Assembly (NCBI RefSeq): GCF_001194135.2
Contig: NC_068999.1
Location: 48,445,705 to 48,509,704, forward strand
DNA from: Octopus bimaculoides
Taxonomy: Eukaryota
Direction of reading: 5' to 3'
DNA length: 64,000 nt
Positions within the stretch are counted from its first letter, which is position 1. Each line of letters opens with the position of its first letter. The notes below the pieces were generated by a model. That model saw only the letters and a list, made by a program, of their open reading frames with translations. It searched no databases and was not told the DNA's origin. The translations under genes were made by a program, and so were the position numbers. Shown in pieces: positions 26,825 through 38,574 of this stretch.

Positions 26825-27179
26825 TGGAGGCGCAATGGCCCAGTGGTTAGGGCAGCGGACTCGCGGTTTCGATTCCCAGACCGGGCGTTGTGAGTGTTTA
26901 TTGAGCGAAAACACCTAAAGCTCCACGAGGCTCCGGCAGGGGATGGTGACGAACCCTGCTGTACTCTTTCACCACAACTTTCTCTCACTCTTACTTCCTG
27001 TTTCTGTTGTGCCTGTAATTCAAAGGGTCAGCCTTGTCACGCTGAATATCCCCGAGAACTACGTTAAGGGTACACGTGTCTGTGGAGTGCTCAGCCACTT
27101 GCATGTTAATTTCACGAGCAGGCTGTTCCGTTGATCGGATCAACTGGAACCCCCGAGTCGTAAGCGACGGAGTGCCAAC
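26825..27179 (+). mobile_element. tRNA-derived SINE, copy 1
   Basis: A-box-like tggcccagtggttag and B-box-like ggtttcgattccc. Near-identical to 31273-31638, with a 3' stem-loop gttccgttgatcggatcaactggaac. Confidence 0.9.
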
Positions 27180-27399
27180 CAACCAACCACCAAACTATTC
27201 CTGGATAAAAGAGCTTCTTTAGCCCTCCTAGATGGGGACAACATCTCTCGTTGACTCAACAAAATACATTCAGTTCACAGTACAAAAGTCGGCTGGGTTA
27301 TTTTGCTGTAGCTTTGCATGCTACAAAATACAGAGCATGAAGACCCACTAATCCATGGTAGCACAGAAAAACGATATGAAATGATGCTGAAGACGGCAA

Positions 27400-27768
27400 C
27401 GCCACAATTTTCTTGGATCAAATTTTCATAAGAAAACAATGTCTAAGATAACGCGTAGTGGGATCGAACCTGGAACCACGTGGGTGTGCACCAATTCCCA
27501 AATAACGGGTGAAAGACAATGTCGAGCCCGGTGGATTTTAACTCAGTCTATAAGAGAACGAAATTAAATGCCGTGCAGCATTTCTTCACTGCTGATACTG
27601 CCATAAGAATGCTGATAATCAGATATAGTAAAAAATATATTTAGCTGTGCGACAACTTCTTTCTTTTATCAAATATCAAGCTCGCCTGTGAAACCCACTT
27701 GACAATAGCACGTAGAACAAAATTAATAAGGAAGTAAATTTTGTAGAACACCGGTTAGCTCAATCTTA
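27400..27768 (+). promoter_or_regulatory. Probable USB1 promoter/5' UTR
   Basis: CpG-retaining stretch immediately upstream of the ATG, with a GGAAGT ETS-type core at about 27730; inferred from position. Confidence 0.4.
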
Positions 27769-27914
27769 ATGGCAAGTGGAAGAATTGTTGATTATTCGGG
27801 AAGTTCAGATTCTGATCTCGATGATGAGGAAGAAAGTAAGGAGAGTTGTTTAAAACGAAAATTACCATGTAGTGCAACACCTGAAAAAGAAATGAATAAT
27901 AAAAGGCGACACAG
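27769..27914 (+). CDS. USB1: USB1 exon 1 (MASGRIVDYSGSSDSDLDDEEE...)
   Basis: ATG at 27769; VDYSGSSDS resembles human LVGYSSSGSED; gtgaga donor, phase 2. Confidence 0.88.
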
Positions 27915-29171
27915 GTGAGAACGAGTTACACTGCATATGTTTATAAATTGTCCCTCAATATTACACGAGTTGTAGTAAAACGGTGTCGATGATAATTTTT
28001 CCCTGTTTGAGTGATATCCGTGTAAAGCTATAAACTATCCCTGACAGAATGTCGAGTAACGTTGGGAAATCAGGCTCTGTGAATCGTCCCGTTGTTTGTC
28101 TGGCAAAATCATTTGTACGTGGACGGTGCTTTACATACTGAGTTCAAATACCTGCGAGATCAACTTTACCATTCATCTTTCCGGGGTCATTAAATAAGCC
28201 TAAGTCAAGAAATAGTTTCAGTATAATAGATTCGGTGATTCTTTCTCTTTCTCTGAATTTCTGGCCTTCTGCCTATGTTAGAAATTATTGCTTGTATAAG
28301 GTTCATAAGGCGGCGAATTGATTGTGAGAGGCAATAGAATACCTTGCAGCATTTGTTCCGGCTTTTTACGCTCTTGAGTCCAAATTTCACCGGAGCTAAC
28401 TTTGTTTTTTGTCTCTTCAGTGTTGATAAATAAAATACCAATCAAGTACTGTAGTTAATACCCCTCCCCCGTCATCTCTCTCTCCCTCTCGCACACAATG
28501 AATCAGGAGGAGCCTAGAAGCAAGCTTCACACTTTTGTTGTACCAATCCCTTTCTGGCCACCCAATAAGTAAGTTGACTACATCGACCCTTTGCTCAAAT
28601 GTTACCTGTTTTATCAATTCTGAAAGACTAGACATTTTGTCTGACATGCTAATGACTCTACCAATTTGCTGCCTGCCTTCGTGAAATAAATTAAAAGTGA
28701 ATTTAATAGTTTTTGCATATAATTAAAAGGCCTGCATTGGCTCTTCCACATTGTAACTGCTCCAGTTTCAGCACATGGTCTCAAATCGATCCTGGTACTT
28801 ATTTTTTTAGGCCTGGTACTTTATTCTACTGTTCTCTTTTACTGATCCACTAAGTTATGGGGATGTAAACAAACCAACACCAGTTGTGAAACAGTGGTAG
28901 GGGGTACCAACACATGCACAAAGATACACACTCACAACAGGCTTCTTTCAATTTCCATCTAACAGATCCACTCACAAGATTTTGGTTGGCCTGAGATTAT
29001 AATAGGAGGCACTTGCCCAAAGTGCCATGCAGTGGATCTGAACCTGGAACTATGTGGTTGGAAAGCAGACTTCTTACAGCTCAGCCATGCCTTAGCCTAT
29101 GTAAGAAAAATATATTTCAATCCAAGTCACTTTTTTTTCTCTTCAATTATGATTGTGGTAAATTATTTCAG

Positions 29172-29317
29172 AGACCCACTTCCATTGCCAGATGACATTA
29201 AAAACATGTTTAAAGAAAAAGAAATCTCTGTTGTTGACAATCCTGATTTTCATGACGGACGCATTCGAAGTTTCCCTCATCTTGCTGGTAACTGGGCTAC
29301 TCATGTGTACATTGAAG
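29172..29317 (+). CDS. USB1: USB1 exon 2
   Basis: PLPLPDDIKNMF...GRIRSFPHLAGNWATHVYIE. Confidence 0.95.
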
Positions 29318-29399
29318 GTAAGGATATTTATGTAGTTGCTTCTTTAATTTATCATAAATGATAAAGTGTAACATTATTGTAGAAAGGCAGAAAGAAAGA

Positions 29400-30009
29400 T
29401 TCTGTATTGTGACAATAAGCATGAACTGTTTGCAAAGATTTGGTGTCCCAGACACAATAGCATCTGCCAATGGAATGCAATTTGTGTCTTTTGAGTTTAA
29501 AGAGTTTTGTAAAATGTTTGCTGTTGAACATGTGACTATGGTGCCATGCCATCCCAGATCTAATGGATAAGCAGAATACTTTATTGATGCGTTCAAGAGA
29601 GCCCTAAAAAAGTTGAATAAAGAAGTCATGGATGAGGTAGCTCTACAAAAATTCCTAAGAGTATACCAGGTGACACCAAATCCAAACATACCAGCAGGTA
29701 TGTCACCAGTGGAGCTGATGTTTGCAAGGAAAATAATATCAGTCTTTGACAAATTGCTACCTGGTAAGAAAAGCAAAATTGCAATGGATAATACAGCAAG
29801 ATATTTCAAAATTGGTGAAAATGTATGTTGTTAGGGCATATAAGAATGGAAAACAAAGTTGGAAAGATGGTGTGATTATCAAATGCATACAAAAAATGCT
29901 ATATTTGGTAAAAGAAAGAAAAGGAGTATACAAGAGACACATGAGTCAACTAAAGAAAAGATTCATTGAGAGTGAACCCAAGAGAATGGAAGAACCAATG
30001 GACTTTTAA
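29400..30009 (+). mobile_element. Degenerate Ty3/Gypsy integrase fragment in USB1 intron 2
   Basis: RFGVPDTIASANGMQFVSFEFKEFC...HPRSNG*AEYF...SPVELMFARK. There is an in-frame stop at 29568-70, and the usual SDNG reads SANG. No LTRs seen. Confidence 0.85.
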
Positions 30010-30257
30010 CCTTTAGCACACTTACATGCATCATGGCACCATATGAGTTTTCTCGCCTGTAGCAGCAGATGCATTATGTCACATTGAGAGGGGAGAAAAC
30101 TCATACAGCAACATAATGTGTCTACAGCATGCTAAAAGTTAATGATGATGATGATGATGATGACGATTTTTGTTTTTTTTACGCTGTTACATTAATAAGT
30201 AATTTTTGCTTAGATTTTTCTCAGCTAAATTTTATTACTAATTCTTCTTTTCTCCAG

Positions 30258-30438
30258 TGGAAAGAAACGAACACTTTGCAGAAATACAGAGACTTCTACT
30301 TTTGGAACTGGAGCCATTTGCAGATTTCAAAGCATTCTCTCAGCTTCATATTAGTTTGTCAAAGACAGTGCCAATCCGTCATCATTGGATTCAGCCTCTC
30401 ACCGACAGTCTGTCAGTAAGTCTACAGGATGCTGTCAG
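30258..30438 (+). CDS. USB1: USB1 exon 3 (first HxS motif)
   Basis: QLHISLSKTVPIRHHWIQPL. Confidence 0.95.
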
Positions 30439-30912
30439 GTTTGTACAACTATTTACTTCCGTGCTGAAACTTGTAGAGAAGATCAAAATCTTAACCATGT
30501 GTAATACAGAAAGCTTATGTATGTATATATCTGTATGTGTGTGTATACGTTTGATCTACCTGGATCGTTGGTTTTAGAACAGACAGAATATAACAACATT
30601 GCTATCTTAGCCCAGCGATGTATGCGTGAGGGTTATTGAACGTATGCCTTGGGGTTGTGAATTGGCAGAATCAGTAGAGTGTCAGACAGAATGCTATTCA
30701 TTATTTGTTCTTGATCTTTAAGTTCTGAGTTCAAATCCTACCAAGGTCAGTTTTGCCTTTCATCATTTCTGTGTTGATAAAATAAAGTTACTGGGTTCAA
30801 TATAATCTCGTATTCCTCTTACTTCTAATTTATACTTTGTGTCCACTTTAACTTAGTCATATACCATCTAAAAAGGAAGCGATAAAATCTTTGTTATTTC
30901 TTTTTCCTTTAG

Positions 30913-30966
30913 TACATCGTGTGGGTTTTGTGCCATAAAACTTTACACCAATGAAGAAAATACTCG
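30913..30966 (+). CDS. USB1: USB1 exon 4
   Basis: TSCGFCAIKLYTNEENTR; tttag acceptor, gtaagt donor. Confidence 0.92.
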
Positions 30967-31272
30967 GTAAGTTGCTTTTGGTTTTATTTGAATGAGAACC
31001 GTTGGAGACATCTAAAGCATTTACATATCTGAAGTAGTAGAGATATATAGAGATCTATAGTTTATACATAGTTTATAAATGAAGTGAAATCCTTATCTCT
31101 CACTGGAAGGAAAATGAAGGGAAATAGAATCTTTCTTATTGACAAAATGATACCTCCCCACACCACACACACTAGATACTATATCTGTATCAACACACGA
31201 GTTCACATTAAGGATCTTGCAAAACAAATACAAAAAATAAATTTAATTATATAGGCGTTATGTTCGATGGAG

Positions 31273-31638
31273 TGGAGGCGCAATGGCCCAGTGGTTAGGG
31301 CAGCGGACTCGCGGTTTCGATTTCCAGACCGGACATTGTGAGTGTTTATTGAGTGAAAACACCTAAAGCTCCACGAGGCTCCTGCAGGGGGTGGTGGCGA
31401 ACCCTGCTGTACTTTTTCACCACAACTTTCTCTCACTCTTACTTCCTGTTTCTGCTGTGCCTGTATTTCAAAGGGTCAGCCTTGTCACACTGTGTCACGC
31501 TGAATATCCCCGAGAACCACGTTAAGGGTACACGTGTCTGTGGAGTGCTCAGCCACTTGCACGTTAATTTCACGAGCAGGCTGTTCCGTTGATCGGATCA
31601 ACTGGAACCCTCGACGTCGTAAGCGACGGAGTGCCAAC
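31273..31638 (+). mobile_element. tRNA-derived SINE, copy 2, with target-site duplication, in USB1 intron 4
   Basis: Same family as 26825-27179; flanked by the direct repeat atgttcgatggag(t) at 31260 and 31639. Confidence 0.93.
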
Positions 31639-32285
31639 ATGTTCGATGGAGTTGTCTCCCATGTATTTCCTGACTTTGATGGGACTTGGCTGTTGTTTCG
31701 TCCTTTATTATCTTCCTTGGGCAGATCTAAGACGTTCCAGCCTCGACCATCCTATAATTTTCCCAAATTTATTTATATTCAGGACTATATTATTCAATCT
31801 CCCCGCTTTTTAAAACGGCAGAGTGTGATGTGAGAAAAAAAAAAAAACAACAACTTACTGCTATTTCTAGCAGATCGAAGTTTGGCATACAAAGTAATCC
31901 AACGCAATTTAAACGTAGAAAAGCTATTATCTGTGTTATGACTCGCTGTTATTGTTTTTGTTGGATCTCAGGTTATCTGTTAAGCAGTGAACCAGAATCA
32001 AAAGCCTTCAGTCCGTGACAGCAGTCAGAAGATTTTTTTCCTCTTTTTTTTTTCTATTAAGACAAGGTATATTGGGGGACAATGCGATTAATTACGTCCT
32101 TTCTTTCAAAAGCTCGGAGGATGTGATTTTGGAGAGATTTGACTGCTATCTCTAGAAGCTCTAGTAACCACATAAAGACTCCTTTATTGACTGCGGTTAG
32201 ATATTTTTGGTTTGTTTGTGGGTCTAGAAACTGATATGATTGATTGTTTTGTTTTTTTTACTATGCTACTATTATTCTTTTACAG

Positions 32286-32391
32286 ATCCTTTCTTTCTTT
32301 GCAAGTGACCAGTTCAACAGCTACGTTATTTGACTATATAACCTATGTGGATAAAGCATTTAAAGATTTTAATCTACCTCCATTTTATTCA
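32286..32391 (+). CDS. USB1: USB1 exon 5
   Basis: SFLSLQVTSS...VDKAFKDFNLPPFYS. Confidence 0.93.
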
Positions 32392-32781
32392 GTAAGTCAA
32401 ACTATTTTCATCTTTTAAGAAAAGTGAAATAAACTTATCTGCCAGAACTTAAAATTAAGTTAATCTTGTATTAAAGTACATCACCACCATCTCTGCTGCC
32501 ACCACCGCCTTCTCAACATCTACTGTCCATGCGTGCATGGGTCTGATAGAATCCTTTGAGGTAGATTTTTCTATGGCTGGATGCCCTTCCTGTTGTCCAA
32601 GCAAGGTAATATTTCTCTTTGGCTGGACATGCTTTCATAAAAGATTGGAAATGGAGTTAACTGCTTCTGTAATGGTGGCACTTGCTTTACAATTAATATG
32701 CAATGTCAAGATAAAATGATATACACATATATCTGACACATATCCTGCATTTTTCTTTGTGCTGGTATTGTTTAGGTTGGT

Positions 32782-32947
32782 AATGTTTAATGGTCTGATT
32801 ATGTTTAGTAAGGGAATGTTTTAATAGGCTGATAATGTTTAGTATGAAAATGTTTTAATGGCCTAATAATGTTCAGTATGCCAATGTTTAATGATCTGAT
32901 AATGATTAGTACGGTAATATTTAATAGTCTGATAAGGTTTATTGTAG
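32782..32947. repeat. Minisatellite, five units of 33-34 bp, in USB1 intron 5
   Basis: Units start at 32782, 32815, 32849, 32883 and 32916; consensus aatgtttaatggtctgataatgtttagta. Confidence 0.85.
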
Positions 32948-33060
32948 AGCTTTGGAGCTGTAAAGCTTATTATTGAAATTTATTCCATTGTTAGAAATGT
33001 TCAAAAGTCTCAGTTATAGATTTTCATGAATAAATAAATTCAAATGTCTTGTATTTTTAG

Positions 33061-33144
33061 GACCCATCCTTCCATGTGAGTATTGCCTGGTCTTTAGGGG
33101 ATGTTATAAATGCCATACCAGAAGAAATCATGCAGAATTTACAG
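33061..33144 (+). CDS. USB1: USB1 exon 6 (second HxS motif)
   Basis: DPSFHVSIAWSLGDV. Confidence 0.95.
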
Positions 33145-33410
33145 GTAATTTTCATATCAGAATATTACCATGCTATTGTTATAGAGTTTTATTCTTGCCA
33201 TAGTTTTTGTTTTCATGTTCTACTCAAAGTCCGCCTTAGTCAAACAAATCTTTGATCAAAGACATTCTAGCTGTGATCATTCCATTGTTTAAGGCTGTGT
33301 AGGACTACTGTATCTAATGCATCTTGATAGTATCTGATTTGAGGGAAATTTGGTTACTATTCCTAGCAGCCAAATAAATCTCCTTTAAAGCACACACACA
33401 CACACACACA

Positions 33411-33461
<51 letters not shown>

Positions 33462-33896
33462 AATTTTCCTCACTGTCTCCAAATTTCATCCACAAGGCTT
33501 TGGTTGATTCAAAGCTATGGTAAGCAACACTTCCCCAAAGTGCTGCACAATCAGTGAGATTGAACTCAACATTATTTTGCTGCAAAATGCAATCATCAAC
33601 CAACACTGTCATGCCAGTACTTATTTATGTAACAAGGTTTATGTTTACACTACAAAATATAGCAACATTTTTGCTTTGAGAGTTAAGGTGACTGTCTTAC
33701 AAAACTTTATATATGACTTCATCATCATCGTAATTGTCATCCTTTAATGATTGTCTTTCATGCTGACATGGGGTTAGATGGTTTGACAGGTTCTAACAAG
33801 CTAGAGAACTGCACTAAGCCCCAATGTCTGTCTTGGCATAGTTTCTACAGCTGGATGCCCTTCCTAATGCCAACCACTTTACAGAGTGTACTGGGT

Positions 33897-34050
33897 ACTT
33901 TTACTTGGCATTGCACAGTCACTTTTATGTGGCACTGCACAGGGGCTTTTATGCGGCACTGCACGGGCGCTTTTACTTGGCGTTGCACAAGCGCTTTTAT
34001 GTGGCACTGCATGGGCACTTTTATGTGACACTGTATGGGCGCTTTTATGT
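33897..34050. repeat. Minisatellite, six-plus units of 24 bp, in USB1 intron 6
   Basis: Unit gcttttatgtggcactgcacgggc, amplified from the end of the adjacent RTE-like tail. Confidence 0.9.
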
Positions 34051-34346
34051 GTTGCCAATGCTTTCAAATTTTGGCACAAGGCCAGCAATTTCAGGGGAGG
34101 GGATAAGTTGATTACATCAATCCCAGTAGTTGACTGGTACTTATTTTATCAACTCCAAAAGAATGAAAGACAAAGTCAACCCTAGCAGCATTTGAACTCA
34201 GACCATAAAGTTGGAAGAAGTATAGCCAAGCATTCTCTCCGGTGTGGCTAACGATTTTGCCAGCTTGCCTCTTTATGGTTCATCCCTAATAAACTTATAA
34301 ACAATCAAAATTAATTTTCCTTTCTCTTTCTCTTTCTTTTTTCAAG

Positions 34347-34469
34347 AATCACTTGGACAATTACCTTTGTGAACATATCAACAGTTTTGTCATCTCCATC
34401 ACAGAAATACATTGTCAAATTGGAAACAAACATTTCACATTTCCTCTAAAATCAAAGAAAAGATACTGA
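34347..34469 (+). CDS. USB1: USB1 exon 7, with TGA
   Basis: ITEIHCQIGNKHFTFPLK (cf. human VRCKSGNKFFSMPLK). Confidence 0.92.
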   Translation, partial: NHLDNYLCEHINSFVISITEIHCQIGNKHFTFPLKSKKRY

Positions 34470-34516
34470 AATAATTTCATTGATATGAAAATACTGTTTG
34501 TTTTTTTTTATATCTC

Positions 34517-34539
34517 TTTATTTTCATTGATATAATAAA
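34517..34539. terminator. Back-to-back polyadenylation signals: TTTATT (AATAAA on -) at 34517-22 and AATAAA (+) at 34534-39
   Basis: Located about 50-65 nt after the USB1 stop, between the convergent USB1 and PACRG genes; usage is not demonstrated. Confidence 0.5.
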
Positions 34540-35220
34540 TTATTTTCATAATAATTTTCATGTCTTCTTCTTGGAGAATACATTTTGGATTTTAGGAGTT
34601 TTTGTATTTTTGTGTTGCTTTAGACATTCTTTTACTTGTTTTATTTAATTTTTGAGGTATATAAGTGTAGGGTTTGGTTGTGTGGCTAAGAAGCTTGTTT
34701 CCCAGCCATATGGTTTCAGGTTCAGTCCCACTGTGTAGCACTTTAGGTATTTTTTACTAATTGCTCTTGTAAGTGGATTTGGAAGATGGAAACTGAAAGA
34801 AGCTCATCATGTATATGTATGTGTGTGTAGGAGGTGCATGTGCTTGTTGGTTAAAATGGTTTTCTTCCATGATGTAATTGTTCGAAGTAAAGTTAATCGG
34901 AAAAATAAACGAAGGAAATACAGACGAAAAATAAGAAAGAAAGGAAAAAAAGAAACTAGGTTTAAAATCTTTAATTTTTGTTAAAATAATCTTGTAAATA
35001 ATATAATCATTAATCATAACAATTGTAGTAGTAGTAGTAGTGGTAGTCGTAGAAGATTCCACAGAGCATTGTGTAAATGAAGAGATAAAGAATATATATG
35101 AATATATATATATATCAGGAAAATTAGACATCTTTTATATCATCCAAATGAGCAAATTATGTTATGAATCCTGATTTAAGAAAACTCTCCATTCACCAAG
35201 GTTAAAGACTGAAACAAGAA

Positions 35221-35381
35221 TTAGTTCATAAGACATGATTCATATGTTGGTATCATGTACTTGATGTTGATGAAAGCGTCTTCTCCACCATGACGTTCAA
35301 AGAGCTCTAAAGTTTCCTGAATCAAGTCTCCAACATTCATTCGTTTCTGTTGGCTGTAGTCTATTTCATCACCAATATTTA
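35221..35381 (-). CDS. PACRG: PACRG exon 5, with TAA
   Basis: [52 protein letters not shown]. Confidence 0.97.
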
Positions 35382-35887
35382 CTAAAAATAACAAAAAGAA
35401 CAAAACAGCATTTGGTTAAAAAACGATAAATTGTTTCTGATGAAGGCACATGACTATTTAAAACAATATTTAGATGACATTTTTTTTTTATAAACAAACT
35501 TTGGAAGTGTTGAATGTATTTGGTATTTTACAGACAACAAAGTAAATTTCAAATGCAGTAAAGTTGTGAAAACAGCAGAAAAATTGGGTATTTCATCATC
35601 ATTTAACGTCTGCTTTCCATGCTAGCATGGGATGGACGATTTGACTGAGGACTGGTGAGCCAGATGGCTGCACCAAACTCCAATCTGATTTGGCAGAGTT
35701 TCTACAGCTGGATGCTCTTCCTAACGCCAACCACTCTGAGAGTGTAATAAGTGCTTTTATATGCCATGGCACGAGGGCCAGTCAGGCGGTAATGGCAACG
35801 GCCATGCTGAAAATGGTAAAATGAAAAAAAGTTGCCTACAGGAAGAAACATTGGATGGAAAGAAGTTGCCAGTATGTAGCTACAAGG

Positions 35888-36096
35888 AGAAAGATTGGGT
35901 ATTTAGCCTTGTAAGACAGAAAAAAGTTATCTGCAGGCAGCTACAGGAAGAAGCATTGGGTATATACCCTTATAAAATGGAAAGAAGTTGCCAGTAGGTA
36001 GCTATGGGAAGAAAAAAAAGTTGCCAGCAAGTGGCTACAGGAGCTGCCTGCTGGCAACTTTTTTCCATCTTATAAGGGTAAATACATAATCTTTCT
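35888..36096. repeat. Foldback repeat in PACRG intron 4: two direct arms and one inverted arm of about 53 bp
   Basis: The reverse complement of 36044-36096 matches 35888-35940 and 35947-36001. Confidence 0.82.
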
Positions 36097-36189
36097 ACTG
36101 TTCTCACAACTTTTCTGCTTACAGGGTTGAATTGTTCCCTCTCTTCTTTAAAAAATTACAATATAAATAATTTATAAGTGGAAGCTTAC

Positions 36190-36339
36190 AGTTCTTGTTT
36201 TTGAAGATGTTGAATATTGGTAGAATCTGTCTATAATACGGTACAAGGGCTTCACCAACTAATTCAGCTGATACAACCAAATGTTGCAAGACCTTCAGCG
36301 TTGTACATACTATAGGCAAACTTCTTGTATTGAGAGCTT
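36190..36339 (-). CDS. PACRG: PACRG exon 4
   Basis: [50 protein letters not shown]. Confidence 0.97.
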
Positions 36340-37500
36340 CTATAAAGAGAAAAGAAAATAGTAGCATTAGTTCATTAGTTTTTTTTTAACAAATATTCTA
36401 AGTGTTGGGATTTGAGTATATTTGTTTGTGCGCAGGTGTATATATATATATGTGTATGAATACATAGATATAGCGGTGATGATAATTTTTTTTCCCTTCT
36501 ATTTGTCTCTGTCATTAGACTGTAGCCATGCTGGAGCACTGCTCTGAAGAGTTTTCAGTTGAATGAATCGACCCCAGTGCTTATTTTTTCTTAAGCCTGG
36601 TACTTGTTCTATCGGTCTTTTTTGCTGAATTGCTATGTTACAGGGATGTAAACACACCAATACTGGTTGTCAGGTGGTGGTGGGGGACAGACACACAAAC
36701 ACACACATATATATACACACATACACAGACATGCACACACACGCACACACATTTATATGATGGGCTTCTTTCAGTTTCCTTTTACCAAATCCACTTGCAA
36801 AGCTTTGGTCAGCCGGAGGCTATAATAGAAGACACTTGTCCAAGGTTGTCACACACACACACACACACACACATACACACACATACATTCTATTCTCATT
36901 TTTATATATATTATAGATATATATATACATACATACATACATATGATTCATATGAATGAAAACAACTGTGTAAAGAAGTGATGCTCTGTAACTGTGGAGA
37001 GAACCTATGAAAGAGGCAGACATGGGACGAGGTGGTGAAGCAGAAGCAATGACAGGTGACTGAGACCTTTGGCAATATGCCGTGCTTGAGAAGACTTGTC
37101 AAGCCAAGTGAAATCATAGTCATGGCTGATTCCAGTGTCATGTAACTGGCACCTGTGCTGGTGGCGTGTAAAAAGCAGCCATTACACTCTTGGAGTAATT
37201 GGTGTTTAGGAAGGGCATCCAGCCATCATAGAAACCATGTCAAATCAGACTGGAACTTGGTGCAGCTCTCCAGCTTACCAGTTTCAGTCAAACCATCCAA
37301 CCCATGCCAGTCTGGAAAACAAACATTAAATGATGATGATGATGATGATATATATATATATAATTCAGTAACACAGGCTAAAAAACTATACACAACATTT
37401 GACAAGTCATTTAGCCAAAACAAGTTTATAAAAAAAGACAAACGAAATCAAGTACCATTTTAACTGAATGCAAAGAACATAGGTAAGTTTAAGAATTCAC

Positions 37501-37672
37501 CTTTAATTGGAATAATAAGTTGAGGAATGCAAGGCAAAATTTTATTTCCTCCATGTTCTAACATGTCATGTATACCCTGGCGAGCAAAGAATTCATACGG
37601 GTGCTGGTTTTCTCGTAAGCCTTCAAAGAACAGTGGTAAAAAGTGATGATAATCCATTTTTTCAATTTCAAT
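37501..37672 (-). CDS. PACRG: PACRG exon 3
   Basis: [57 protein letters not shown]. Confidence 0.97.
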
Positions 37673-38439
37673 CTGCAAGAAAGGAAAATGAAATTTTAAA
37701 ATAACCCCTATTCTAAAAAAGAAAAGAGAAATTGACTGCTAAAAATATATTGATTACCAACGACTAAAAGTACCAATATCAGTGTAAATTGGGTATGAGG
37801 CATTTTAGTACAGCCACTTTGGTGCCACCTATTTGGTTGCTGGTGCTACAGTCCACTCTGTAAAATGGCTGGCGTTAGGAAGGGTATACAGCTGTAGAAA
37901 CCATACCAAAACAGACAATGGAGTTCGGTGCAGTCCTCTGGCTTACCAGCTCTTGTTCAGCTGTCCAACACATGCCAGCATGGAAGATGGATGTTAAATG
38001 ATGATGATGATGATGATAATTCTATCAAACTATCCAACTCATATCAGAATGGAAGATGGATAATAAATGATAAATAATCCCTGAAAGGATAAAAGGCAAA
38101 GTTGGCCTCAGTGGAATTTGAACTCAGAATGTAAAAATGGATGAAATGCCGCTAAGCATTTTGCCTGGTGTGCAGAATATGTGTGTGAGAGAGCAGCACA
38201 CACCATCAAAGTGACGCAGAGGTACAAATATACAAAGCCCAACATTTTGGATTTACAATACTTTTGCATAATAGCAATGATATATATATATATGTACACA
38301 CACACAAAGATGTTATGTATTTAAATAGTATCCAACAGGTTGTACTGGATTCCATGTTATCAGTGGCACTTACCTTACAAGTGATCTGACACAATACACA
38401 CACACACACACACACAAATATATATATTTAAAACATTAC

Positions 38440-38574
38440 CTTCCATGCAATCTTGTTTCCTTTCGTATCAAATTCCAGAGCTATAGGGAAGTCTCCCCTC
38501 TCATAAAATCGACGGAAGGCTGTTGTTTTTATGATTCTTGGTTTGAATGCTCCAGCATCTGGTGGTGGTTGAAC
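38440..38574 (-). CDS. PACRG: PACRG exon 2
   Basis: [45 protein letters not shown]; 135 nt, phase 0 to 0. Confidence 0.96.

Larger units (their letters stand above)
27769..34469 (+). other. USB1: USB1 gene span (U6 snRNA phosphodiesterase, 2H family), complete, 7 exons
   Basis: Both HxS catalytic motifs are present (QLHISLS, SFHVSIAW), plus DGRIRSFPHLAGNWATHVY and KLYTNEENTRSF. All junctions are phase-compatible. Confidence 0.96.

Noticed and set aside
26825-26890. tRNA-like A/B boxes, also at 25250, 27455, 31273 and in CORE-like heads
   Set aside because: These are SINE heads: no complete cloverleaf, and they continue into repeated SINE bodies.
33897-34050. 24-bp repeats as a CRISPR-like array or a metal-response-element cluster
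   Set aside because: The units are contiguous with no unique spacers in a eukaryotic intron, and the TGCAC cores do not fit TGCRCNC.
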